Shown here: piece by piece, positions 13,883 to 26,910 of the stretch
Position numbering within the stretch: position 1 is the first letter of the stretch
Layout of the letters: each line of letters starts with the position of its first letter
NCBI RefSeq assembly: GCF_006345805.1
Contig: NW_021833233.1
Location: 1 to 64,000, forward strand
DNA length: 64,000 nt
DNA from: Octopus sinensis
Lineage: Eukaryota
Direction: 5' to 3'
Translations under genes and position numbers: made by a program
The notes under the pieces: generated by a model
Told to the model about the DNA's origin: nothing
Database searches by the model: none
Seen by the model: only the letters and a program-made list of their open reading frames with translations

Positions 13883-14699
13883 TCTCCCCCTCTTTCCTTC
13901 TTTCCTATACTTGTTCCACGTCCTCGCGTTGTTGTGTTTTATCTTTGTGTTTTCATGTTTGGATTAACTATATACATATAGTTGTCATGGAATATTAGTT
14001 TTCTATGGCTGTGATTCCTATGTGTGCATGGAAGAATAGTTCTGATAGTAACACCTATCTTCTTGCACTGATAAAAGCATAATTGCAGTTTATCACCGGA
14101 AAAATACTTCTCTCTTTTATTCTTCGATTTTGGTCTTGAAGAGTATGTGCCGACGCACCGTCGCCTGCATGGGTGAATAAAAGAGAAATATTCACCTCCG
14201 CAAAACAGGGAAGACGTTGGCCCGACGGAGAAATGAACGCAGCAAGATAGAGTGGTTGCAGCAACGAGTGTTGCTTACCATTCTTCGCTCAGCACCCACC
14301 GCGGTCATTACATCATTTGTCTGGTGTATGTGGCCCATTTTCACTTCCTTCATCTTTTGCTACTTAACCATCAGGAACAAATACTGCAAATTGTTTCGTT
14401 CGAATTGAATAAAGTGATGTCAATTTAACAGCCTACAATAAGCGTACGTAATTTCTCAATTTCTATAATTGGCCATGCACACACACACACACACACATAC
14501 AAACACACATACACACACAAACACACACACACAGACTTACACACACAGACACGCACACATATTTATATATATACATACATTTATACATATATGTAGATAA
14601 GTATTTATATATACATGCAATGCAAACATATATATATAGATAGATAGATATAGATACGTATGTATATATTTTATTTTTTTTATTATTTATATTCCCTTT

Positions 14700-14972
14700 T
14701 CAAGGCTAGCTTGGCTCATGGGCCCGGTTTCCCGGTTTCTATGGCGTATGTCTTCCCCTAGCTGGACGGGACGCAGCGTTACTCAACAAACAGGAAGAGA
14801 GAGAGTGAGAGAAAGTTGGGGCGGAAAAGTACAACAGGGGTCGCCACCACCCCCTGCCGGAGCCTCGTGGAGCTTTTTAGGTGTTTTCGCACAATAAACA
14901 CACACAACGCCCGGTCTGGGAAACTAAACCGAGATCCTCCGACCGCAAGTCCAACTGGACTATTGCGCCTCC
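14700..14972 (-). mobile_element. SINE family C head with V-like tail
   Basis: Reverse complement of 3755-type element. Confidence 0.8.
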
Positions 14973-15030
14973 ACGTATGTATATATATATATATATATAT
15001 CACGTGATCACATGACCGACCAGACCATCA

Positions 15031-15199
15031 GAAGAAAGAGTGGTGAAAGAGTACAGCAGGGATCACCACCCCCTGCCGGAGCCTCGTGGAGCTTTTAGGT
15101 GTTTTCGCTCAATAAACACACACAACGCCCGGTCTGGGAATCGAAACCGCGATCCTGCGACCGCGAGTCCGCTGCCCTAACCACTAGGCCATTGCGCCT
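15031..15199 (-). mobile_element. SINE family C 5' half
   Basis: Matches head of 18489-18860. Confidence 0.85.
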
Positions 15200-15249
15200 G
15201 CATGTATGTATATATATATATATATAATATATATATATATAAATATATA

Positions 15250-15285
<36 letters not shown>

Positions 15286-16150
15286 TGCATGTATGTATAT
15301 ATATATATATGAATAACAAAAGGCACACACACATATATGTATATACACACAACAGAAAGTGGAATTGCATTTTTTTTATTTATTGTTTGGCGAATGATCG
15401 AACATAAGAAGGCAACAAGGCGTTAACTTATTTTCTATCTTCACGCTACAAGTGTGAAATATCATTGTTTCATTCGTTGTGGAGTAGATACGAGAAGAAA
15501 AGAGGGCTTAGATTCATATTTTTTGATATGTTTTAATGCGAATAAAAAAAATTGCCTCAGGAAATATTAACAGAAGCTTTTAGAAAAAAATGGAAGAATA
15601 GAATCATATAAACAAAAAAATGAAAGAGTAAGTAACCAAAAAAAACAAACAGAAAAAAAATACAAAACAAAAAGGTACAATTTCAAATTTTCCGCTTGGT
15701 TATTTTACGGGCTTCTAATTCTTTAACCGTTTTCATTTTGATGATTGTTGTTTCTCAGAATTACTATTTGGGAAATGGTGTTGGGAAGAGTTGGGCAAGG
15801 AAGGAGAGATAAAAACGTATATTTATTTTAGCGGTATGTGTATCTGCAGCCGTATATGAGCATATTGAGAGGCACAGACACACACACACACAAACACAAA
15901 TACATGTGCACAGATACGTCCAAATGTATGTGTAAGTATTCATGTTTGTGTAGAAGTGTTTATATATATATATATATATATATATACGTATAATATACAT
16001 AGGTATATGTGTAAAATATGTATAAGTGTGTGTGCGTGTGTGTGCAGACATACGTAGGTATATTATATTATATACGTATATATATATATATATTTGCTTA
16101 TATGCATTTGTAGATGTGTGCATGTTTGTGTGTGTTTGTCTGTGTGTGTG

Positions 16151-16182
<32 letters not shown>

Positions 16183-16367
16183 CTGATTGTATGTATCTAT
16201 CAATGCAAATTTTTACACAATATCGATATATATAAATATATATATATATATACATACACGTATATATAAACATATATATATATATATACACATATATATA
16301 AATATGAATATATATATATTACACACACACACACACACAACACACACACACACACATATATATATAT

Positions 16368-16399
<32 letters not shown>

Positions 16400-16403
16400 T
16401 ATA

Positions 16404-16441
<38 letters not shown>

Positions 16442-17126
16442 GCATAACTACTTTGCGTGTTTATATGCATATGTATGCGCGCGCACGAATCTGAATGCGT
16501 CCCTTCGTAGTAGATACGTATTTCCATTATTCACGCTATCCTTATCTTTCCTTCCACTCATTTTCTCTGTCCAGATCTGAAATCAAAGCCGTTTTAAAAG
16601 TTTGCCTTTACATTTCAATGATAATCCAAGTCTCTTTTCGTGATATTTTTCCCTTCTTCAATTTATTTATTTCTGCATGCTTAATCCTCGTTGTTTACGC
16701 TTTGTGATACATGTTGTCTGTCATTCTATATAACATATATATTACAAAAACAAAACAAAAAAAATAATAATAATAAAGGTATAGTTTGTGTTAAACTTTT
16801 CCCTTGTTTTTCTTAATTATATTGTAGTTTTATTTTCTACGTTGAATCTCTTCCATTTAGCATTTTTGAGAAAAATTCAGTGAGCAATTTGCAACACAAC
16901 ATGCATGCATTTTGTATCATAACGATTTTATTTAGTATCGCGGTAAAACTAAGATGTTTTGGAAACTGAAACGGCTGAAATCAAAAGAGCACATGTCTCG
17001 TGAGTCGGATTCTATATAGAATTGAATCTTCTCCGCTGAAACACCGAAAAAGAATGAAAATTATGATAACATCTGTCTCAAGCTACATAGCTATTACACG
17101 TCTTTGACTGATCTAAGTTCTTCAAT

Positions 17127-17350
17127 CGGTCTTCTGGGGCGGCGTTTTAGCAGAATAGTTTGCACGCCTGGCAAAAAGCTCAGCAGCATTTCGTTCGTCT
17201 TTTCGTTCTGAGTTCAAATGCCGCCAAGGTCACCTTCGCCTATCATCCTTACGGGGGTCCATGAAATAAGTACTATTTGAGCACTAGAATGGATGTAATT
17301 GTTTTGCCCTATTTCCCGAAATTGCAGGCTAGTTTCAAAATTCGAAATAA
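17127..17350 (+). mobile_element. Diverged SINE family A-related copy
   Basis: gcagaatagtttgcacgcc...gagttcaaatgcc...tcatccttacgggggtc. Confidence 0.7.
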
Positions 17351-17559
17351 ACAATTTGGATCTTTTCCCCAGCTGAAGTCTACATAGTAGTTGACCTAAA
17401 TTTCCATTGAATCTTAGAATTCTTCAGAATAGGTAAATATTCCTTTGATTCAAGATGAATTTATACGAGTAGTTCGTTTATTTCTGGAACTGTTTTATGT
17501 AAGAGATCGTTTACAGTAAACATATTATTCTACCGTTAGTAATATCGAATTCAAATTTT

Positions 17560-18098
17560 GGCTCTAGGCTAGTAATTCTGGGGCTTAACTGCTACTTATT
17601 TTACCGATCCCGTAAAGATGAAGGGCAAAGTCAATGTCGGCGGAATTAGAGCGCATAAAGAAGGACGAAATGCTGCTAAGTATTCTTTTCTACTTAAGGC
17701 GCAAGGCCCGATATTTTGGGGAAGGGAGCTAGTCGATTAGATCGACCCAGTACGCAACAGGTACTTAATTTATCGACCTCGAAAGGATGAAAGACAAAGT
17801 CGACCTCAGAACGAAAAGACAGACGAAATATCGCAAAGCATTGCGCCCGGCATGCTAATGTTTCTCGTTTCTTTATTGCCCGCAAGGGGCTAAACATAGA
17901 GGGGACAAACAAGGACAGACAAAGGGATCAAGTCGATTACATCGACCCCGGTGCGTAACTGGTACTTAATTTATCGACCCCGAAAGGATGAAAAGCAAAG
18001 TCGACCTCGGCGGAATTTGAACTCACAACGTAACGGCTGACGAAATACTGTTAAGCATTTCGCCCGGCGTGCTAACGTTTCTGCTAGCTCGCCGCCTT
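17560..18098 (-). mobile_element. Cluster of SINE family A and A-related copies, head to tail
   Basis: Repeated gaaaggatgaaa(g/a)gcaaagtcgacctc blocks; intact head ends at 18098. Confidence 0.85.
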
Positions 18099-18488
18099 CC
18101 TCTATTATTAAGATTAAACAATTTCAGGAAGGAAGGCACTTACAACTCATTCAAAAATACAAAATAAATGTTAACTTCTTTTAAATATTTCCTGTACGGT
18201 ATCAATTTTTTATCGCGCAACCTGCCGCCTCCTCACCGACACAGTTCTACTAATTTGACGTATAAACAAGTCAGGGACACAGATAAAAATCCTAAATATT
18301 TAAGTAAGATTCAGTCATTGTCGGTCTTTGACAAGCTAATATGTATCTTACATCGTGTTACTGTTTCAGTTCCAACACACGCTCTCAGATATAATCATTT
18401 GCCTGTCAGATGCATTGCGGACATCAAGTTTCAGTTCAATTTAGTATCTATGAATAAGCTAAGATAGCCTATATAGATAATAAATAGT

Positions 18489-18860
18489 GGAGGCGCAATG
18501 GCCCAGTGGTTAGGGCAGCGGACTCGCAGTCATAGGATCGCGGTTTCGATTCCCAGACCGGGCGTTGTGAGTGTTTATTGAGCGAAAACACCTAAAGCTC
18601 CACGAGGCTCCGGCAGGGGATGGTGGTGATCCCTGCTGTACTCTTTCACCACAACTTTCTCTCACTCTTACTTCCTGTTTCTGTTGTACCTGTATTTCAA
18701 AGGGCCGGCCTTGTCACTCTCTGAATATCCCCGAGAACTACGTTAAGGGTACACGTGTCTGTGGAGTGCTCAGCCACTTACACGTTAATTTCACGAGCAG
18801 GCTGTTCCGTTGATTCGGATCAACCGGAACCCTCGTCGTCGTAACCGACGGAGTGCTTCC
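18489..18860 (+). mobile_element. SINE family C, full length with TSD
   Basis: A box tggcccagtggttagg, B box ggtttcgattcc; 14-bp TSD agataata(a/t)tagt-like, one mismatch (18475-88, 18861-74). Confidence 0.92.
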
Positions 18861-20186
18861 AGATAATAATTAGTAATTCAAAAACGAAAAACCAGCGTTG
18901 CACTGGTATGTCTCAGTTATAGTGGATATGGCGAAAGTGACTTTAACATCTTGAGTAAATGTGAAATAATATAAACCAATATTATTAACTGTGCTATTGT
19001 ATAATTTTTCCACAGGCCTTACGGTTTATTATTCATAATTGTTTTGTATGATTATCCAACCTACGGATAAAGATAAAATATTCCATTCTTGCATTACAAA
19101 AATAATCTCCCTATTTGTAAGGAGTGTGATTAAAGAAACATAAAGCTCTTTTCCTGAAGGAATAAATTCTCTGGTTTTCAAAAACAATATGGTTTGAAGA
19201 TTAGAATAGAAAAGAAAAATATTTTTCGATTTTGTTTCTTTAATCGTTTGCCGTCAGGTAGAATAAAAAATACGACAGTTGTATTGTCTTAGCCAAGGAC
19301 AGTTTATTAAAATTTGCATCGCTGTGCAGTTTGAATCTTCGGAAAAAATTAAAACTTTGCATTATTGTTTGCAAGTTGCTCGTTTCTTTTTTGCTTTTAC
19401 TGAGATTTAAAATGCTAACGCTCACACACACAAATACATACAGACGCACAAATACGTTATTTTAATATTCAATGCGCTTCTGACGATATCCCAGACAATT
19501 TGATTTTGTTTCTAATATAAAGAGTCAAACTATTCAATAAAAGTACAATGTGTAGAGAAGACGGATGCATTTACAGGGTTATCACTAAGTGTTTAAACTT
19601 TTGGCGAAATACCAGCAATTTTAGGGAAGGGATAAGTCAATTATGTCGATCCAAATTCTCAATTGTTACTTATTTAATGACACCGAAAAGACAAAAGACA
19701 AAGGTGACTTCGTGTAGTGTGGATTAAGAAATGAAAATATAATGCAAGGTAACTTTTAACAATTCTGCCAAGACAGACCTCTTCGTAGATGTTTCTCTGT
19801 AGCAGAGCCATGCCGCCTCATATTCGAGGGAGATGATTAGCGAACTTTATTGGATCTAGAACTCAGCTAGTAATTCATTTTTTATCGATTCCTAAAAAAA
19901 ATTTAAAATGCAAATTTTACATTGGTGAGATTTGAAACCCAGAACATAAGAAGTCGAGAAACACGCTAAGTTCTACTATAGAAACAAAGCCTGAACTTTT
20001 GAGTGAGGGTACTAGGCGATTGTATTGATCCCAGTCATTCACTGGCACTTATTTTACCATCCTTGAAAGGATGAGAAGCAAACTTGACCTCGTCGGAATT
20101 TGAACCTTCGAACGTAATAACGGGTTCGAGTCGAAATACATAATGAAAAGCGTTACTTCGACGCTATTTCAATCCATTGCTAATCT

Positions 20187-21337
20187 TATTTTTTATTGCC
20201 CACCAGGGGCTAAACATAGAGGGGACAAAGAAGGACATACAAACGGATTAAGTCGATTACATCGACCCCGCTGCGTAACTGGTACTTAATATATCTTCCT
20301 CGAAAGGATGAAAGGCAAAGTCGACCTCGGCAGAATTTGAACTCAGAACGTAGCGACAGACGAAATACCTATTTCTTTACTACCCACAAAGGGCTAAACA
20401 CAGAGGGAATAAACAAGGACAGACAAACGGATTAAGTCGATTACATCGACCCCAGTGCGTAACTGGTACTTATTTAATCGACCCCGAAAGGATGAAAAGC
20501 AAAGTCGACCTCGGCGAAATGTGAACTCAGAACGTAGCGGCAGACAAAATACCTATTTCTTTACTACCCACAAGGAGCTAAACACATTGAGGAAAAACAA
20601 GGAAAGACAAATGGATTAAATCTATTATATCGACACCAGTGAGTAACTGGTACTTATTTAATCGACCCCGAAAGGATGAAAAGCAAAGTCGACCTCGGCG
20701 AAATGTGAACTCAGAACGTAGCGGCAGACAAAATACCTATTTCTTTACTACCCACAAGGAGCTAAACACATTGAGGAAAAACAAGGAAAGACAAATGGAT
20801 TAAATCTATTATATCGACACCAGTGAGTAACTGGTACTTATTTAATCGACCCCGAAAGGATGAAAAGCAAAGTCGACCTCGGCGAAATGTGAACTCAGAA
20901 CGTAGCGGCAGACAAAATACCTATTTCTTTACTACCCACAAGGAGCTAAACACATTGAGGAAAAACAAGGAAAGACAAATGGATTAAATCTATTATATCG
21001 ACACCAGTGAGTAACTGGTACTTATTTAATCGACCCCGAAAGGATGAAAGGCAAAGTCGACCTCGGCGGAATTTGAACTCAGAACGTAACGACAGACGAA
21101 ATACCTATTTCTTTATTACCCACAAGGGGCTAAACACAGAGGGGACAAACAAGGACAGACATAGGTATTAAGTCGATTATATCGACCCCAGTGCGTAACT
21201 GGTACTTAATTTATCGACCCCGAAAGGATGAAAGGCAAAGTCGACCTCGGCGGAATTTGAACTCACACCGTAACGCACACGAAATACCGCTAAGCATTTC
21301 CCCCGGCGTGATAACGTTTCTGCCAACTCACCGCCTT
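20187..21337 (-). mobile_element. SINE family A, six-unit concatemer (184-bp period)
   Basis: Junction aatacctatttc recurs near 20368, 20552, 20736, 20920, 21104; single head at right end. Confidence 0.92.
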
Positions 21338-21766
21338 AATTCATTCCTAATCTTAATAACGGATCATAGTTATAATTGGTGTACCTCACCATATTTTACA
21401 CTTTTTCGTAAGATATTTCGTCACGTTCACCATTGTACTTTAAACATCAAACGCTGATAAAATAAATTATCGTAAAGATCCATGCCGTGCGGCAAAACAA
21501 CAGGGTCTCTTATTTAAACATTTTCGATATTTTCCTTATATAGTAAATTCAGATGTTGCCGATATATTACGAACATCTGAGAATAAGTATGATCACCTGA
21601 GGAACGAGATGGCTTGAACTGAAAATATTAAGGAAACACTTCATACGTAGAAAATTAACTCAGTGCACTTACATAAGAAAACTTCAGATTTTTCTGCATT
21701 GCATACACTTCGTTAAAGAAAAATGTATCTGAATATTTCTTATGAAATTAATAGAATGTGATGAAG

Positions 21767-22463
21767 CATTGGTGGGAAATAAATATTCGTAAATATGAAA
21801 ATTCTTTATTTATTTAATATCTAATGAACATAAATTAATTCTGCACGAATACTTTTTTCACCCCTAAATATTTATATTTGTATATAAAGTCATTAGTTAC
21901 TATAATTTATTAGCTTTTTTTGCATATTCTTAGTTTATGCATGTGTATGCAAATATAGTATTGGTATATCCCATTTATGTTCATTAGAAATTAAGGGTCT
22001 TTTCGGTTTGAACGGCAGTTTTTTCTAGCGGTGTCATATGAAATTGTCACCCATAATTATGACCCTAGAATCGATCTATTGCATTTCAATCTCTTTTATG
22101 GTTGGGTTACGGGTGGGGAAGGGTATCTTATTTTCTTCAGAATTGTAAATAATCCCATTCTGTTTCTTAAATGAGGAATATTTTCATACGGTACAGAATG
22201 CTTTTAACCTCAATAGACGTCATTGATTGGTTGAAATTGCAGAAATTGAAGAAAAAAAAACAAAAATATCCTACAAACTATAGAATTTTCTCAATAAAGC
22301 CAAGAGAAAAAGATGTTTTATAAACACATTCTACCAGTATACGAAGTTTAACATGTTTTAGCTACCTAGAAATTATGTTAAAAACTGGCGTTCAAACCGA
22401 AAAGATCCGAAATTAAATAAATAAAGAATTTTGACATGCACGAATATTTATTCCCCACCACTG
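21767..22463. mobile_element. Tc1/mariner-like MITE with about 70-bp TIRs, interrupted by a Merlin-like MITE
   Basis: Left ca(t)tggtgggaaataaatattcg...ctaatgaacataaat; right arm split by insertion, ends ccccaccactg|TA; left TA not preserved. Confidence 0.6.
21995..22408. mobile_element. Merlin-like MITE, 414 bp, opposite orientation to 9900-10319
   Basis: Same TIR; perfect 8-bp TSD GAAATTAA (21987-94, 22409-16). Confidence 0.8.
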
Positions 22464-22797
22464 TATTTATGTCATTTGCTATGTACGGATGCAAAAAACA
22501 TCATATAGACACGTTGCTTAAATCTCTAAGACGATAATTTAGCTTTGTCTATCGACATAAGCTCTGAGTTCTATTCCTCTCTGTCGGAATATCCTCTCGG
22601 CCCCTCGATATGTTTGAATACGAAATGACTTCTGTACTGAAGCACTACTGGTGGACAATTTGAATGTTGTAACTCGTTTAACTCGACGCTCTGCATTTAC
22701 TACGAGATATACACTATGGCTTCATCAAATACATGATTCGCTTAAAATTATAGACGCTTCTTTATAGAACAATATTGTAGGCGTCCTGGTGATGTAA

Positions 22798-23688
22798 TCT
22801 TTATATATAAAAGAGAGGTTGTGTGTCTGTCTCCTACGATTTAGATTCTTAACTACTCCCACATTTTGCGGTGCAGTTTAACCAAAACCGGGTATCTTAT
22901 TGTCGTGATTCATATCGAGCCCTTCTGGGTATTAGCGCGCGTCTACGATGAGTCTACGATTTTAAAAAAAATTACCATCAATTTTTCCCATTTTAATGCA
23001 GTTTTGGCATATATAAGGGAAGTAACTCACTAAAAATTTATTATTAAATCTCAGAACGTAAAAAGCTACAGTAACACCCCCCCTTTGTGGTTAGCCATAT
23101 TGAGATGGCTATTATACTTTACATCTCTAAAAATGCTTATATAGTTATTTCCCTTACAAATCTGAGCAACGCCGGGCGATACTGCTAGTCTTTATATATA
23201 AAAGTGAAGTTGAGTGTCTGTCTCCTACGATTTAGATTCCTAACTACTCCCATATTTTGCGGTGCAGTTTAACCAAAACCGGGTATCTTATAGTCGTGAT
23301 TCATATCGAGCCCTTCTGGATATTAGCGCGCGTCTACGATGAGTCTACGATTTTAAAAAAATTTACCATCATTTTTTTTCCATTTTAATGAATTTTTTTC
23401 GCTATTATATAAGGTAAGTAACTCTCTAAAAATGTCTACGATGAGTCAACGATTTAAAAATAAATTACCATCATTTTTTTCCATTTTAATGCATTTTTTT
23501 CGCTATTATATAAGGGAAGTAACTCTCTAAAAATGTCTACGATGAGTCAACGATTTAAAAAAAATTTACCATCATTTTTTTTTCCATTTTTAATGCATTT
23601 TTTTGTTATCTTTTGGCTATAACTCTCTAAAAATGCTTATATAGTTATTTCCCTTACAAACCCGAGCAACGCCGGGCGATACTGCTAG
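22798..23688 (+). mobile_element. Two non-autonomous Helitrons in direct head-to-tail tandem (22798-23188, 23189-23688)
   Basis: A|TCTTTATATATAAAAG start, 3' hairpin cccgagcaacgccggg, CTAG|TC junction at 23185-23190, final CTAG|T; second copy has about 100-bp internal repeats. Confidence 0.88.
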
Positions 23689-24407
23689 TCTTTTATATTT
23701 CTCGAAATATCGTTAAAAAAATTTTTACTGGCAAACAAAATTTTCCTATCGAGTTAAAACAACCTTTTGTTTGAATTAACCTAGTTAACCGTTTATTTTT
23801 GCATCCATAATTTTCCTTCCTCTCATAAATTCTTTTACTCATATGCCTATTATTTTCTCTTTATACTCCATAGTTAATAATTGACAATATTTCTCACCAT
23901 CAGCATCTTGTTTATTCTTTACACATCTGTCACTTTTTCACCCACCCTTCAGTCCTCTCTTTGTTCCCGTCTTTCTTCCCCACTAAATTTCTTTCTATCT
24001 ACGGTTTGTATGACTTTTTTTTATCGTAGTTAATGGCGCATTTATATGTTCACTTCGTTGTTAGTTCGTATTACAAAGCACATGCAAGCGCAGAACTCGT
24101 TTCACAAATATATACACTGTTATTTTAATTCGTAGCAATCCTCATAGGTTAACATGTACTGGGAAGAAATAATGTAACAAATGTGTATGCTAATATATAT
24201 TTGTATATGTTAGTATATATATATGAAGACTGTATTTCTTTCTCTTTTATTTTTCCAATCTGTAGCAGTATATTTTTTCGGAGATCAGTAAGTTTGTTTC
24301 TATGAGTTTGCTTGTAATGAAATATATGTGTATTTGTGTATGCATATGGATATATACGTGCATAAATACGTGTGTGTGTTAGTGTGTAAATAAGTATGTA
24401 TATATAT

Positions 24408-24499
<92 letters not shown>

Positions 24500-24505
<6 letters not shown>

Positions 24506-24569
24506 TATAATATATATATATATATTATATAATATATAAAAGTATATATATATATATATATATATAAAA

Positions 24570-24613
<44 letters not shown>

Positions 24614-24718
24614 TATATATATATAATATATATATATATATATTATATATATATAAAAGTATACATACATATATATTGTATATATACATATATATATGTG
24701 TATATATATGTATATAAC

Positions 24719-24757
<39 letters not shown>

Positions 24758-25514
24758 GATATATATATATGTATATATATATATTTATATATATATTTAT
24801 ATGCGTGTTCATATTTCATATATAACTCTATGTATATATATAATATATATATATATAAAGCAAATAAGAAAATGGGTTAATTTCTGCTTTACACCCACTC
24901 ATACCTATTACTCAATTGCGGTATTGCCCAGCAACGGTAAGCACTTGGATATTAATACGTAGGTATATATCCAGTAGTATATTGGATATTTATTAGCACT
25001 TACATTGTTGTTTAACCCCTAACTCATATAGACATATACATATACATATATATGTGTGTATATATATAAATGTGTATACAAGAATGCTTCAACTTAACGT
25101 ATATATCTCCATATGCATAGGCACCGCACATATGAATGCATATACTTCTGTCCACTCACACATACACACAGTTATATATTGAATCTAAATTACAGATCGA
25201 TCAGCGAGAGTATCGCACTGGATTCATAACACTTAAATATCTCTAAACTAAATTTGTATGACGAGAAGGGGGATATTTTAACCACATAAAAATTTCTACT
25301 TAATCCCTAAACGCTAAACTAATTCGTTTATTACTCTAGGTATATCAATTTATACAAGAATCTCCATAATATTTACAAAATCAGAAAACTGTGTTATAAA
25401 TTCAATATCAAAATTCCAACGAAAGTATTTTACGGGTTATTTTGTGATTTGAAGCATTTAAACAAACGTACCTTAATAAAGCATAAGGGTTGTCCACATA
25501 GTGGCCATCCCTCT

Positions 25515-25546
<32 letters not shown>

Positions 25547-25847
25547 TGTATGTATGTATGTATGTATGTATGTATGTATGTATGTATATATATATATATA
25601 TATATAGATATATATATATATATATATATAAAAGTATATATATATATATATAATATATATATATATATAAAAGTATATATATATATATATATATAAAAGT
25701 ATATATATATATATCTATATATATATATATATAATATATAAAAGTATATAATATATAATATATATATATAATATATAATATATAAAAGTATACATACATA
25801 TATATTGTATATATACATATATATATGTGTATATATATGTATATAAC

Positions 25848-25914
<67 letters not shown>

Positions 25915-26641
25915 TTATATATATATTTATATGCGTGTTCATATTTCATATATAACTCTATGTATATATATAATATATATATATATAAAGCAAATAGAAA
26001 ATGGGTTAATTTCTGCTTACACCCACTCATACCTATTACTCAATTGCGGTATTGCCCAGCAACGGTAAGCACTTGGATATTAATACGTAGGTATATATCC
26101 AGTAGTATATTGGATATTTATTAGCACTTACATTGTTGTTTAACCCCTAACTCATATAGACATATACATATACATAATATGTGTGTATATATATAAATGT
26201 GTATACAAGAATGCTTCAACTTAACGTATATATCTCCATATGCATAGGCACCGCACATATGAATGCATATACTTCTGTCCACTCACACATACACACAGTT
26301 ATATATTGAATCTAAATTACAGATCGATCAGCGAGAGTATCGCACTGGATTCATAACACTTAAATATCTCTAAACTAAATTTGTATGACGAGAAGGGGGA
26401 TATTTTAACCACATAAAAATTTCTACTTAATCCCTAAACGCTAAACTAATTCGTTTATTACTCTAGGTATATCAATTTATACAAGAATCTCCATAATATT
26501 TACAAAATCAGAAAACTGTGTTATAAATTCAATATCAAAATTCCAACGAAAGTATTTTACGGGTTATTTTGTGATTTGAAGCATTTAAACAAACGTACCT
26601 TAATAAAGCATAAGGGTTGTCCACATAGTGGCCATCCCTCT

Positions 26642-26673
<32 letters not shown>

Positions 26674-26714
26674 TGTATGTATGTATGTATGTATGTATGT
26701 ATGTATGTATGTAT

Positions 26715-26720
<6 letters not shown>
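24500..26720. repeat. Tandem duplication of about 1.13 kb bounded by AT/ATAC microsatellites
   Basis: 24801 atgcgtgttc recurs at 25931; copies differ mainly by 1-bp indels. Confidence 0.9.
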
Positions 26721-26776
<56 letters not shown>

Positions 26777-26830
26777 TAAATAAATGGAGTTGAACGCAGA
26801 TGCTATTCAAATTCTTTTACTTTCGGCATA

Positions 26831-26910
26831 TTTCCTGATGAGAAGACTGCATTTTACACCGTTTATTCCTTTGGAATAAACCAATGTTGTCTTCGAAACG
26901 TATGTCGAAA
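26831..26910 (+). ncRNA. Type I hammerhead ribozyme, canonical core, GUC site
   Basis: tttc-CTGATGA-gaagac...gtcttc-GAA-ACGtaTGTC-gaaa: 4-bp stem I, long stem II, short quasi-palindromic stem III; predicted cut after 26906. Confidence 0.75.

Noticed and set aside
14276-14350. Possible minus-strand exon MKEVKMGHIHQTNDVMTAVGAERRM ending at a gtaagc donor
   Set aside because: No partner exon or protein similarity identified
18168-18467. 99-aa ORF
   Set aside because: No motif or recognisable homology
20187-21337. Regular repeat array as CRISPR
   Set aside because: Eukaryotic context; units are 184-bp SINE bodies with no unique spacers or cas genes
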